Notes: generated from the sequence alone by a model not told the origin. Counted from the whole stretch's first letter, positions 35,492 to 48,500 are shown. The stretch is DNA of 63,922 nucleotides, filler included, from Perkinsus chesapeaki ATCC PRA-425 (GCA_013115145.1; 20 parts of 20 records of this genome joined end to end with filler, not necessarily neighbours in it), one strand, 5' to 3'. Program-made: numbers and translations.

Positions 35492-38105
35492 GATCTGTTA
35501 TGGATAATGCATGTAAGACATGGTTATCAGAGGATATTGAGTTGAATAATATAACACCACGACAGTTAGCTGATATTACACTAGTATTATCAAATACAAG
35601 AATAAATAAAAGAAGATATGAGCAATTCTTACAATTATTAACTGATGAAATTGAGGTAGTAGTAGTAGTAATAATAATAAAGTATAGTACCAATCAATGC
35701 CCTTATTGTGGTTTATAGGATAATTTTGATCAATTTGATGAAGATAGTATTGGTGATATTGTTAGAGGTTTTATAAATATTAAATATGGTAATGAACAAT
35801 TATTTAATATATTTGGTAATAATAATAATAGTTATTATATATGTATGTTGTTATTATTATTAAGGACGTGAATTACCTCATCGAATACATGAATATAAAT
35901 GGTGGAATCTTATTGATATAGCAGAACTGTAATAACAACAACAATAACAATTATTATTATATTATTATTAGTTATATGCTACTTAAATGGCCTGCTGATA
36001 ACGATCCTGATATGATATTAAGATTTGGTAATGAAGTATGGAAATATCATAAATCAATGAACGGAAAGTGTTAATAGTGTTAATAATATTATTATCGTTA
36101 ATATATTGTTGTTATTAGATATGTTGCAAGAGCATTAAGAGTATTGGCATATTTAGAAACATCAGATAGAAGAACTTTTAGATCATTAATTAGACGTATA
36201 CCTCATCATATAATGAATTTAACACCAAGATTATTAGCACAATCAATAACAGCAGCTGCAATGGTTGGTTATGATCCAGGAAAAGTAATAACAACATTAT
36301 TAAGATTATTAATAAGTTGGTTTTGTTGTTGTTGTTGTTGTTGTGTAGATGTATTGTAGAGTTAGAGGATCTTTGTTATATGAGCGATTAAGTAGAAGAT
36401 TAAGTAGGAAGTTATATGAAGTTACACCACATGATTTAGCACAGGCTGTATATTCATTAATGATGGTAATAATAATAATAGTTATGATGATGATGAATGA
36501 TATAGGTTAATTCAAGACAGGAATATTTATTTGAGAATATAGTATTATGTATTATTGATGATCCATTACGTTTTCATTTACAACAATTATCGGCATTTGC
36601 AAGAGCATTCAAGTGAGTTGATAATAATAACAAAGGTTATGATGATAATAGTAGTAGGAAACTTAATTATATACCAAGTATTGATATATTATCGATTTAT
36701 GGTGATAAGACACAGTTATCAGGATGTTCTATTGACGCTGTTGCTACTGTTGCAGCATTAAGTAGTAATAATAATAAGAAGTATATAGTGTATGATAATA
36801 GGTAATGGTGAATTACAAATAGCTGCATTGGACTTACTTATTAATGGTTATGTACCATGGAAATACAAGCAGAATGAGCAGAATATTAAAGATTGTGGTG
36901 GTGTTATTGATGAATGTAGTTGTGAAGATATATTATGGATATTACAAGGTATTATTAAATATAATAATACAAGATATAATGATGATGATGAGGTAATAGT
37001 ATTATAATAATAGATGATGTATAGAATAATATTATAATAGATTATTATAATTAATGATGTAATTAATTCATTATATAAATATTGGTTACCAGCACATAAT
37101 GACAGTATAACAGCTGAAGAACTAACATGCTTATTATGGGATATCACATCTATTCAAACAACAACAACAACAATAAGAAAAAGTGATGATGATGATGATA
37201 ATGCATTATTATATGATGAAGATGATGGGAAGAAGATGAGGAAGCATAATAAAAATGATGATGATGATTATGGATTATCAATCTCTATTATTAAATCAAT
37301 AATTAATCGCTTAATAGATAATTTTACAATTGAGCAATGTATTCGGGTATTATCATGTGTTTTATGTCATAAACCATTATTAGGCAGAGGCAATGATGAT
37401 GATGGTTGGTGGTATACCACACTATTGCCAAGGATAACAAATTCAATATTACCTTCAGAAGATCAATCAACATCAATAATATTAATACAATTAATTAGTA
37501 TATATTTAAGATTATCCACACTGAATGAATTAAATGAACTGAATGATGATAAAGTACCAAAAGAAGTTATAGAATTCTGCAAATGGGTTGATGATACAAC
37601 AAGCGCTAATTTAAAGCAACATGCTTTTATAAATGGCAATAATATTCAATCAATTGATGATAAATTATTCACCTCCTCCTCATCATCATCATCATCATCA
37701 TTTAATGGATTAGATTGGTCAATACCAAATGGATGTATTCGTAATTTAATATGCTATCCATTTATATTACCATTAGCACTTATTAATACATCTATTATTA
37801 CCGATATACAAAAGTTACAAAGATCACGTACATTTTTAGAAGTACGTCGTATATTATTATCACATAATAACAATTCATTAAGAACAAAAGGAACTACTAC
37901 TACTAGTAGACACTGTGGTATATGTATTATACCTACTACAATGGTACCGCAAGATGTTATTGGTTATTATACATTATATATTTTAAATAGATTAGGATGG
38001 GATGTTAAAATAATAGATGATCCTAATCAAGCTATTAATATTGATATATTACAACAATTATTTGAGACTACTACTACAACATCACCAATAACACAACAAG
38101 AATAA
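35492..38105 (+). CDS. Helical-repeat (HPR/OPR-like) protein with a RAP-like C-terminus; intron-rich, 5'-truncated
   Basis: Spliced exons give repeats spaced 37-40 aa (ITPRQLADITLVLS, FDEDSIGDIVRGF..YGNEQLF, YKWWNLIDIAEL, MNGKYVARALRVL, LTPRLLAQSITAA, VTPHDLAQAVYSL). The C-terminus ends YILNRLGWDVKIID, like the RAP-domain L..lGw.v..i motif. Confidence 0.7.
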
Positions 38106-38347
38106 CTTGTTTCTGTCATGCATATTACTAAATGTTGTTTCTGTTATTACTAAAAGCCAATCGATTATTTTGTGTTTGTCAGGACTACGAATAAGACCCG
38201 ACCCAAAGATGTACTGCTAAACCCAAGAACAACCAAGATATAGACACNNNNNNNNNNNNNNNNNNNNNNNNNNNNNNNNNNNNNNNNNNNNTTAATTAAT
38301 TAANNNNNNNNNNNNNNNNNNNNNNNNNNNNNNNNNNNNNNNNNNNN

Positions 38348-39617
38348 ATATGCACACCTTAACGTTAACGTTACCAAGGGAAACTCCAGCCTGGAAGACA
38401 ACAGCACATCCTCCGCCTTCAAAGTCGAACTCCAGAACACTTTTGTCCTCGAGTGAATAGACAATGGAGAGTTTCAGAGTCGCATTATAAAGCTCATTTT
38501 GTACATCGGTAAACTTCATAAGAAGCTTGCCTTCCAGGATGGTGTCGTTGTAATCAGTTTTAACATGTAAGCAGTACTTTGAATCACCAGCACTTGCCGC
38601 ACAATTTGGAGGCAGTTCTAGCTCCTTTGCCTCATTTGAAGTGAGTCCGTACTTGGCCAGAAAGAATTTCTGGCTAGCAGCGCCTTTTTCAATCTTGAAG
38701 TACTCAATAGGAGCATCAGAGCCGTTGGAGCCACGCAATAGACCATGTGGCATCCAGTCGGGGGTCTTGCCATCATTAAAGTATAAGCGAGTTAACTCGC
38801 CAGTGAGCTCCGAACCGATAAGGATGGCTTCAGGCCTCGGTGCCACGTTGAGAGGAGGAACAGTTGTCTCGTGCTTTTTGATACCGTAGGCGGAGTATAC
38901 CCTCTTCATTGATTCTCCTGTAGTCGTGCCATTGGGCAGCTTCTCCCAATGGGTAACTACATCCTCCTGATAGACCATGTCATTTTGAAAGGTATTTATA
39001 GCCTGTATTTTCACAATCTCCTCGTCTGCCTCGTCAGTATACAGAACCCATGCATTAGGAATGAGCCCAGTCATTGCGAGAGCAGTAAAGTTCATGTCCG
39101 TCTTTGGCTCGGTTCCATTCGCTCCATATATGATATACTTGTGTAGCTTGTCACCATTAACATGAACAAGCCCATGGTGGGCCCAACCAATTTCCTCAAG
39201 GGTTAGCTCTAGGTCCACGCTGCTGAACAATTCCTGGCTCTTCTTTTTGGGTTGATCAGCAACAGGGTAGGACGTGAAGTTGAAGAGCTGTATCATGGAT
39301 AGACTAGTAATTGTCTCAGTTGTTACAGTATACTCATATGGACGCTCTGGCGAGGCACCAACTTGCACTTGGCCATCCTTAGTAACAAAGGTATCATGAT
39401 GAGTGGTCAAGGGCTTGCCGTCATCCATACCGGGATAAACCAGGCCCTTGGTTTCCTCGGCTTTTGATATATGGCATTCAACTGGCTTTTTGTCAGGGCC
39501 GATAAGGTTAGGGTTGCAGTACCGAGTGGACTTGGTCTGCATGCGGACCGCACCCAACTTGAAAGCTGCAGCTGCTCCAATAATACAAAGAAGAGTATAG
39601 CGTGTGATGGTTACCAT
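38348..39617 (-). CDS. Intronless secreted protein, 3'-truncated
   Basis: More than 420 codons without a stop; signal peptide MVTITRYTLLCIIGAAAA; normal amino-acid composition with paired Cys residues. Confidence 0.85.
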
Positions 39618-41079
39618 CGTAGAAGTTGGAAAGCCCTGAGATAAGAGGACATAGTCGTACTTATGGAGCCGCAGGATGCCGCATGATGGAGCCGACCATG
39701 ATGGAGCCGCAGGATATCGAGAAGCTTATCAGAATGGACGAAGATGCGGAGGCTGTTAAACCCACGGGGCTCCGAGAGAGACCGATTGTGAGACCATTGC
39801 AGAAAACTGGCTTAAAGCAGTCTCCTTCCTCAGAAGCCATCGACAAATGGAGTGCAGCCTCACGAGGAGCACTCTGTCGCCAAGTTGGCCATCGAAGGCG
39901 CCAGAATATCGGTTCCTTCATCGAGGGTGAGATGATTATTGCTTTCCTGTTCTGGTTCATGAGGTATTATGTCATATTTGCAACCTTCCAAGTCCTCAGG
40001 TGCCTTTCTTAATAGGGTCGGATAGCGATGAGTGCCATTTCGACATATTATCTCTGATGGACTTCAGCGATCGTAGGACTCGAGAAGGAAATTCTCTCGT
40101 ACATTCAGTAAGTGTTTAACACTTGCTCTTAGCCATGCTGTACAATACACTTCTAGCTCCACTGTGGTATAGACCGAAACCCTGAAGGTGGTGGATGGAC
40201 CTTGCGCAACTACGGTGGGGGTAAGGGCTTCATCATAGGATGTGTTCCGGCAGTGTTCGTTGAACTTTGCTCAGGTACATTTGTCAACGGTACAGCTGTT
40301 CCAGAAGAAGCCATAATAACACTGAGGCCGGGAAGCCAAATTCAAATCCATCATTTGACGTTTATATTCTTCCCCATTGAAGAATAGTCCGCAACGATTG
40401 TTTCAAAAGACCTTCTTGTCATCGCGTTTCGACAGTGTAATATGTTAGCCTGTCATTTGTAACAATTTCTGTACGAGAAAAGGAGGACAGTCGGATTAAC
40501 AACCACCGGCCATCGAAGACACCTATAAAGACTCCATTACCGAGGGTGGCAACTTAATTGTACTCTTCGCTCCATGAAGCATCGAGATAGCCCTAAGGTG
40601 GAAGTCTAAACGATGGACTTCTTGTGGTAATCACGCTGCTGCCCTTCCATAACGTTCTAACACTGACATGGATGAAGGTTCCATCGTGAAGCGCATCTTT
40701 AACTTCCAATAACCAATTCTACCCCTTTCAGCCCCTATTTGGAAAATAGCAACTTCAATTTGGACAGGCGAACTGAATTGAAGCTAAAATTCTCGTTTAG
40801 GAACTCCAATTTGGACACAGTTGTGACAACTGTTTATCCAGATGCAGGCTTTATCCAGATGCACTCCGCGCACTCGTAGGTGCGTGTTACATATAGCTCT
40901 CAAATCTGGAGTGCGCATCGGCGAAAAGGCAACGCACTTGACAGCTGCGCACCGTAATACTACGGTGCGCAGCTATAGNNNNNNNNNNNNNNNNNNNNNN
41001 NNNNNNNNNNNNNNNNNNNNNNTTAATTAATTAANNNNNNNNNNNNNNNNNNNNNNNNNNNNNNNNNNNNNNNNNNNNC

Positions 41080-44000
41080 TCATGCAACATCGTTGCTAAA
41101 TAACGAAGTTCTTGTCCCCAAGCCATGATGAGCCTTCCGTGGTCATCTCGCTCTTCCACGTGAGCCGAGGATCCAGTCTCGTCTAGTAGTGCCGCAATCA
41201 ACTCGTCTAACTCTTCATCCGTATTCTCTTGCGTAGGGGGTACGCAATAGTCAGGAATACGGCTTAGAGCATCTGCAATATTATCCGCACTCGCAATGAG
41301 CTCCACGGTAAGCTCAAGCTGCAAGGCTTGACACGTATCTTGGAATGTTTTGAGGCGACTCTCAACTAACGTCGCATTGAGGCCACGCACTGCTCTCCAG
41401 TGTCTGTCTTGGTGCCGCGTTATCCAAGAGACTACGCTTTGACTGTCACACTTCAGTCGTATTGGTTGGTTTTGAATGTGTAGAGCGGACACGTATTTGC
41501 TCACGAGTTGGATGCCGAGTATCACGGCTTCTAGTTCAACTAGATTTATGTGCCTCTTATCTCTAAGACTTCGGAGGCGTGTGAAGTCTTCGACATACAC
41601 TCCTCCTATAGTGAGTACAGCTCCCAGTGCATATTTACTTGCATCAGTAAAGAGGATCCATTCATCCGTCTTACAGTAAGACCACTCGCCTCCTATTGGA
41701 TCTCCACGCTGCGATAACTCGTGCATGAGTTTGTCGCGCGCTTGGAGTATATACTTCTCAACTGGTTCATCCCAGTTCAACTCAGCTTTGGAGGGTCTCA
41801 GAGTAGCTATCCGCTTTAACGCAGCTGCTGCTGGTCTACCCCAGCGTGCGATGGGATAATGACCAATAAACTTTCCAGCCCATCGATGTATCTCACGTCT
41901 CGTGCACGGTTGTGCATCAAGAATGGGTAGGGTACCTCGTCTTCGCCAAGTACCATCGTTTTGACACTCTAGACCCAGAACACGACTCTGATTAAGAGGT
42001 GTAGGTTCTTTAGTAGGGAATCCGTTACAAAGCAAAGCATTCCGTATGAATGTTGCCCACGAGCGCTGTGTAAGAATATCATCGACATACATGTCGAAAA
42101 TGACACTCATCGGAATGAACTGGTGCCTTATATCATTAAGTATCAAACTTAGCGTCTTTGGGGCAACATTTAGCCCGAAGGGCATGCGCACCATACGGTA
42201 AGCCGTATGAGGCTCCCAGCGCAATCGGATCCCTAACCAATATGATTGATCCTCATCAATGAATATGCACAAGTACGCCTTTTTTAAATCAATAATCACT
42301 AGCTCGTCTGGAGGCTCAACGGAAAACGAGCGCCAACGTCGTATATTCTCAATGCACGCGAGAGGTGACTCTCGGTTTTCATTCGGCGTACTGCTAATCA
42401 TCTCATTGGCCCATCGCATATCGCAGCATGGACGGATAGGTGTTGTACTCTTATGCAATTGCTCTACACATAATAAGGGATGGGTAGCTTGCAAATCTGA
42501 CAGTGGCGTTGCCTCAATGAACTGAGAGTCTTTCCATAACTCAATGGCCTCCTTAAACATCTCAATAATCTCGGGTGACTTGCGTTCAAAGACATCATAG
42601 TCTGGGGGCATAATATGCCGCTGAGGCGCTTGACCTGTCACCCATCGCCACTGAAGCTCCCATATGGCACCTCCGTCCTGTTCGGGATAACCCAACCGAC
42701 GGACTATTACATCAGACGCATGCAATTCTCGCGTCACAGGCCTCCCATAATGCACTAGATGCTCGACACTTGTAGACTCTGCTATTTCGCCAGACGTGTC
42801 ATCTGGGCACTGGACTCCTACGTGGCATCGGGCTGTGTCCCCAGTGTAATATGAACTATTAACTGGAGTAACACGCTCAATTGCTGACGTTTGGGTCGAA
42901 CGTCTGTCATTCTCATGAGTCAGATGCAAGACAGGAATGTCTCCATCAAAGGTTATACACATGCCTCCAATTGCCTTGATCCAATCTAGGCCAAGAATGC
43001 CGCATAAGACAATTCTATCATTCGTACCATCTGCGCGACAGACGGCTACTAGTGGTTGATCTGTTAACAGAACTTCTGATAACACCACAGTCGACCGGGA
43101 TTGAAAATCGCCTGGAAGACTTATATTAGTAATCACTTGACATTGATAAGATTTCTGAAAGATTGTGTTAATCGATCTTTTACGATCATCAGAACTGCTC
43201 TTTATGCCACTCAAGCCTGACATGGACGATGATAGGATGGTAATCGAACATCCTGAATCGACCAGAAAATACGAGCCCTTAAACGATATAAGTAAGACGC
43301 TCGAAGAGAGACTAGGAGCCCTTACTTGCTTATTTGGTGGCTGATTCGACTGATATTGCTTGGACGGGCATGAATTGGCCCTATGGCCATAGCCTCCGCA
43401 CGCGAAGCATTGTTGGCCTTGCCACCAATTGTACGGCGTGCTCCTATATAACCTGCCCTGTCCTTTTCCTTTTCCTTTACCTCTCCAAGGAGCGTAGTCT
43501 TGGCCGTAGGACCATGACCAGCTCTTAGAGTTCTTGCCACCTTTCTTGCCTCCTTTATGGGGCTGATGTCCCTTGGAAGGAGCTGTCGCGACTGCGGCAA
43601 CTTCCTCCGGAACCTGTGCCTGAGTGGATAATCCCGCTTCATCAACTTCAAAAAGCGGTCTAGTCAGATCAACAGCTTTAGTGAGTGATCGTTCCTCTAG
43701 AGGTAAGGAAGACCACAAACCGTAGCTTTGCTTAACCGCTTGAGTTTGCGGTAAAGTATTCCAATAGAACACGGCCGCTATCTTTTCATGAACATCCGTG
43801 CCTAGATCCTTAAAGGCTAGCACAGTGTTATGCCTAACATCGGCTCCATAACAATCAACTGTATCTTGGCCTATAGTGAATTGCATAGCAATCAACTTTT
43901 TGAAGCTTTGTTTCTCCCCCTGGCCGAAAGACCGGTGAAGACGGAGCCATATTTCACGTTCAATCGCCTCATCATTCAATGTTGGATCAAAGCTTTGCTT

Positions 44001-44702
44001 GGACAAAAGGCGATAAGCCTTGCCCGTTAGACTATTGATTAGGTTCGACCGCCTCTCAGCTGAGGTCCAGTTCTTAGAACGAGCGATTGAGCACCAACGA
44101 GTCTGCCACTCGTCAAGCGACATCGACTCTGCGGCGGACTTATCGCCGCTGAACAAAGCCAACTTAGGCGCTTTGAAGCCTATCTCTCCCCCGCTAATTG
44201 AGAAGTCAGTTGCAGAAACTGGTGGATTCGGACATGCTTGAACACCTCTCTCATCCCGCTGCTGGGGAGTACCAGAAGATCCTAAGGGGCCGGTGGGAAC
44301 ACTCGAGTCGCTTGGTCTCGCACCGCCTGAACCAGGGTTGCTTAGATGAGGAGAACGTTGAGGATTGCCCTCCTCAGATCGACGTCTGCCACGACGATCT
44401 GGCTGCCTAGGGGGATCAACATGTGGTTGAAGGGGGGGTTGGGGACCAGTATCGGGTGGGGGTGCGACCAACAGAGCATGAAGGCGATTATTAACTTCCA
44501 GAGCATTCCTCGGGGATAACCGAGTTCCTCCTGGGTCTGGGCACCATGTTGGCGTCTCGTATCCATCGAGAGTTACTAACTCGACAAGTTGGCGGATTGG
44601 CCAGATAATCAAAAAGGGGGCCACTGACTGATTGGGGCCATTTGCGCCCGTATAGCTAATATAGCTAATCTATTTCTGCGGCGTCACGACGATCGCGCGC
44701 CA
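41080..44702 (-). mobile_element. Ty3/Gypsy-like retrotransposon: single gag-protease-RT-RNase H ORF running into the integrase linker
   Basis: CCHC knuckle CFACGGYGHRANSC; protease FLVDSG; RT IIDLKKAY, MPFGL, YVDD; RNase H FTDAS, ELEAV, CDS, NIADALSR. About 1180 codons without a stop. PBS-like TGGCGCGCGATCG at 44702-44690. Confidence 0.93.
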
Positions 44703-44707
44703 TCTCT

Positions 44708-45437
44708 CTACACGCCCTCTACATGTAGTGTATCACTCAACTGGCATCTTTCAACTGCTTGACTTTGAGAAATGAAATAATACATGTCACCGGTAGTGGC
44801 ATTGACCACCACGGTACCATTGCCGCGGGGATCTGCATTAAAGTCGTATATCATGCTTGAGTATCCAACGTCACCAGAACCATAATTTGATCGGGCCAAA
44901 AGAGGTATCTGCGGATGGATTTAGGAAAGCTATCGACGAGTTCAACTTACCTCTACAACTAAAGAGCTGTTAGCCACGCCAGCCGAAGTGGCGTTCTTAA
45001 TGAGACTTTTGGCATACTCTTCTGTATTGAAGGCCGCAGTGAAACCATCGTCATAGGGCCACAATGTCACAAAACTCATAGTCGCACATTCTGTCAAATT
45101 CGCTTGCTTAACTTCTTGCCAATGGACCGACTCGAACCTGAAAGGATTTCCATGTCAGATAGTCAAAGTACTACGAGTGGCTCACCCCAATGCAGCCCTG
45201 CTTTTGCTCGCTACGGCGTGCAGAACCTTGCTCAAGTTTCGAATGTGATGCATATTATCGGATGATAGACGAACAATAAAGCCGTCCACTTCAAACGTGC
45301 TTAAAAAAGTGGTCAGGCTGGACAGAAACAGAGTCTCGTTGAAATCAATGTCCATGTATTCGTAGAGGTCGACCAGAATAGACCCATTCTTCGCAGATAC
45401 CATAGTTCGTAACTTATGGAAGGCCTTCGGATCCCAC
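44708..45437 (-). CDS. Glycoside hydrolase family 18-like (chitinase-like) protein, truncated at both ends
   Basis: Three exons: ...FNETLFLSSLTTFLSTFEVDGFIVR... | ...NSSLVVE | IPLLARS...GYSSMIYDFNADPRGNG...YYFISQSQAVERCQLSDTLHVEGV*. This is the GH18 barrel pattern, ending at the beta-8 GGxM-equivalent position. Confidence 0.7.
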
Positions 45438-45537
45438 NNNNNNNNNNNNNNNNNNNNNNNNNNNNNNNNNNNNNNNNNNNNTTAATTAATTAANNNNNNN
45501 NNNNNNNNNNNNNNNNNNNNNNNNNNNNNNNNNNNNN

Positions 45538-48500
45538 TTGCGACCCTATCACAGTGAAAGTAGGCTGAGCAGGTTTCCTGCCGCAGGAGAAGGCCTCTAT
45601 CGACCCGCCTGCCGTCCTTTGCTCCTCATCATAAGTTCCTAGTCTCTACGTATAACGAACAAGTGCAATAAGTAATGAGCAACAAAAACGATGAGACACT
45701 CAATGAGTGTCTAATAGAGATGCTACTAAGAGATGCGATTATTGTGGGAGATTAGGTCATGTGGAGGCCGAATGCTTCAAGAAGAAACGTGATAAAGGGG
45801 AGCAAGTCCCAAGCGAGAGGCTTAGATATCCGACTTCTAATACTACTGTATCCGATAGTATGGTTGCTTCCGGTCCTATCTCTAGAAGAACTCCGGTAAT
45901 ATGCACTTATTGTCTTGAGAAGAATCACACCGAGGACCAGTGTTGGACTAAGGCCCGGGCACAGCAACTCAAAGCTCAACAAGCCACCTCGGATTCAAAA
46001 AACTAAATGGCCCTGACTGTGTTTCGGCTTCACAGTCATGCAGGCCTACTATTCAAGCCGTTTCACTCAAGACCGCCGAGCAAAACCCCAGTTGGATATC
46101 TGATTCTTGTACAACGGAGGTTATATTTGACACTGGCGGTTCTGTCACAAAAGCTATCGGGTTGGTGGAAAGTGGATCGAGTATTTCTTTAATAGACGTG
46201 CCTACTCTAGCACGGTTGCCGGTCGACGTGAAGGTTAACAGGTTGGACTCGCCCTGTTGCACAACGGCGACGAGGAGCTCTTTGGTCACGATTGGCGCCG
46301 TCGTTCTATTAGTTAAACTTGGTAACAAGAAGGTAGAGCATAAGTTTTATGTTTCTTCATCGACATTGGTCTATCCCGTGATTTTGGGACGAGACATCTT
46401 GACTACATGTAGAATTACGATAACCTTCGACAGCAAGCCAAGACCGACAACTGAGCCCCCTATTGTGGCTTTGAATGAAGCTCGATGTGATCAAGAAAAC
46501 TGGAAGCAGCTGCCAAAGGATTGGGTGGTTGATGAGATTGTATTAGAGAATAATGATATATATATTGTTGCAGCTAAGCATTTAGCTAATGATGACGGTA
46601 TGGGTGACAAGCACAGGTTCTACGTTGGTATAAACCCAGCGCTGGTACCGAAGCCTAGTCGAGCTGAGCAACTGGGAGGCTTAAAACCTCAACCAGCGTT
46701 ACGCAAAGCTGACTCTCAGGCGAAGGAGGCTGCCGATAAATGCTTCAAACAGTGGATTGAAGAAGGGCGTCTACAGCCAACAAAGCTAGACCCTTCTACT
46801 TCAACCACAAACTGGTATGTTGTGGGTGGTGACACGCGTCGATACAGACCGGTCTTCACATTCACACATCTAAATCGGCACCTCCGACGAGCTTTTGGCC
46901 GAAGGTCACCATTCGCTCAGAACATTGCTGTCCTCATAGAGAAGGCGAGGTGTTATAAACGGCTGGTGGTAAACGATGTCAAAGATGCGTATATGCATCT
47001 GTGGGTTTTGCCTAGTAATAGGCATCTATATACGGTTAACATTGCCCCCTTCGACGACTCTCCTAGTCTATACGAATTCTGGTGTCTTCCTTATGGTCCA
47101 TCACATTGTCCACGGTGTCTGGAATGCGTGTTACAGTGGCTGCTTCAGAAGCATATGGATATAGCCGGAGATTTTCAACAACTCTTTTATGGATGATGTA
47201 CTACTATATTCTGACGTACCGCGTCCTCAAGTTGAAGAAGACCTCCGACAACTTTGCTCAAGATATGACCTGAGTCTGAAGCCGGCCAAGAGACAAGACA
47301 TTACGCAAGAAGACGCTCGTGTACTGGGTATGGACTTCATCAGTCATGGTTCTTTTATCGAGACGCCATCATATAAGCTAGCGAACCTGCAGAAGAAGAT
47401 ACCTCTACATGGAAGCTCTTATTCTCAACTCCTAAGTGTTCTAGGAGTGCTGGAAGAGTTACCGACAACGCCTGCCTGGGTGAACGCTCTGAAGCATGTT
47501 GCTCAGAGCTTGGTAGTACGAGAACGCTATGCAAAAGGAGCACGATGGTCGAGTACGGCTTCAGAGTGCTTACGGTCGTTGATCTGTGAATGGCAGGCGC
47601 TAGCCATTGATCCGACCAATACTTATAGGCTACCGCGTATGTACGATTTCAATGAGCGGCTCATTATGAGCCCTTACATGTTTACACTGATGCCGCTAAG
47701 TATGCTGGTGGTTTTATACTCCGTCAATCTGGACATGACCTTTTACGGCGGGTATTTGTATTCTCAAATTCTGAGAGCAATCTACCCATAGTCTGCTTAG
47801 AAGCTCATATACTTTATAGAGCATTCGCAGCAGTGCATAGAGTAGAGCTTGTTGGTCACAGTAAGTTCCCTAGAATATATTTTCATGTTGATAATGTGGC
47901 AGTTGAAATGACTTTTAAGGCGGGTCGCCCATCGTCTTCAAGCAGCAAAGATGCCAAGCCAATACTTGCTAAGTATATGGCCATGGTCAATGTTCTATTC
48001 TCACCCTTACAGTTTGGTCGAAGAATCTTCATCGAGAGGATCTCAACGTCCGAGAATCCAGCTGATTCACTGACCAGACATCCTCTTCTTACTAAGTTTC
48101 TAGTATTTGCCAAGTCATCTATTGTAGAAGTTTGCTCAGTTAGCAGCTCACCACCTGGTAATGGTCCACTGTACGGTACAATGATTACCACAACACTCCA
48201 TTCTGTAGCGGCTGTTTGCGCTGTCCTTCCTTCCTTATCAGATAGAGCGGAGAAGCAAGAAGAGGACAATCAAATCCAACAAGTCAGGGAGGCCATCAGC
48301 TGTCATGATAAGCCAAAACAACAAGTTCATCCGTCTTATATGCTGGTCTGGCATACACTTTTGGTCCGAGAAGGCTTACTGATGCGCCATGTACCTACTA
48401 CTGCATCGCTCCATCCTAATGACGTTGCTGTAGTGCCGGTTATTCCAGCTACACTAGTATCGCAGATACTAACCTACTATCATGATCCGAGTGGTTGTTC

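Noticed and set aside
39626-40012. 128-aa ORF divergent from the secreted gene
   Set aside because: No ATG context or domain evidence; it may be a decayed retroelement fragment.
46126-46140. FDTGG as the protease active site
   Set aside because: The downstream GLV(E)SGSSISLI fits the retropepsin context better; it is probably a D-to-E decay mutation.
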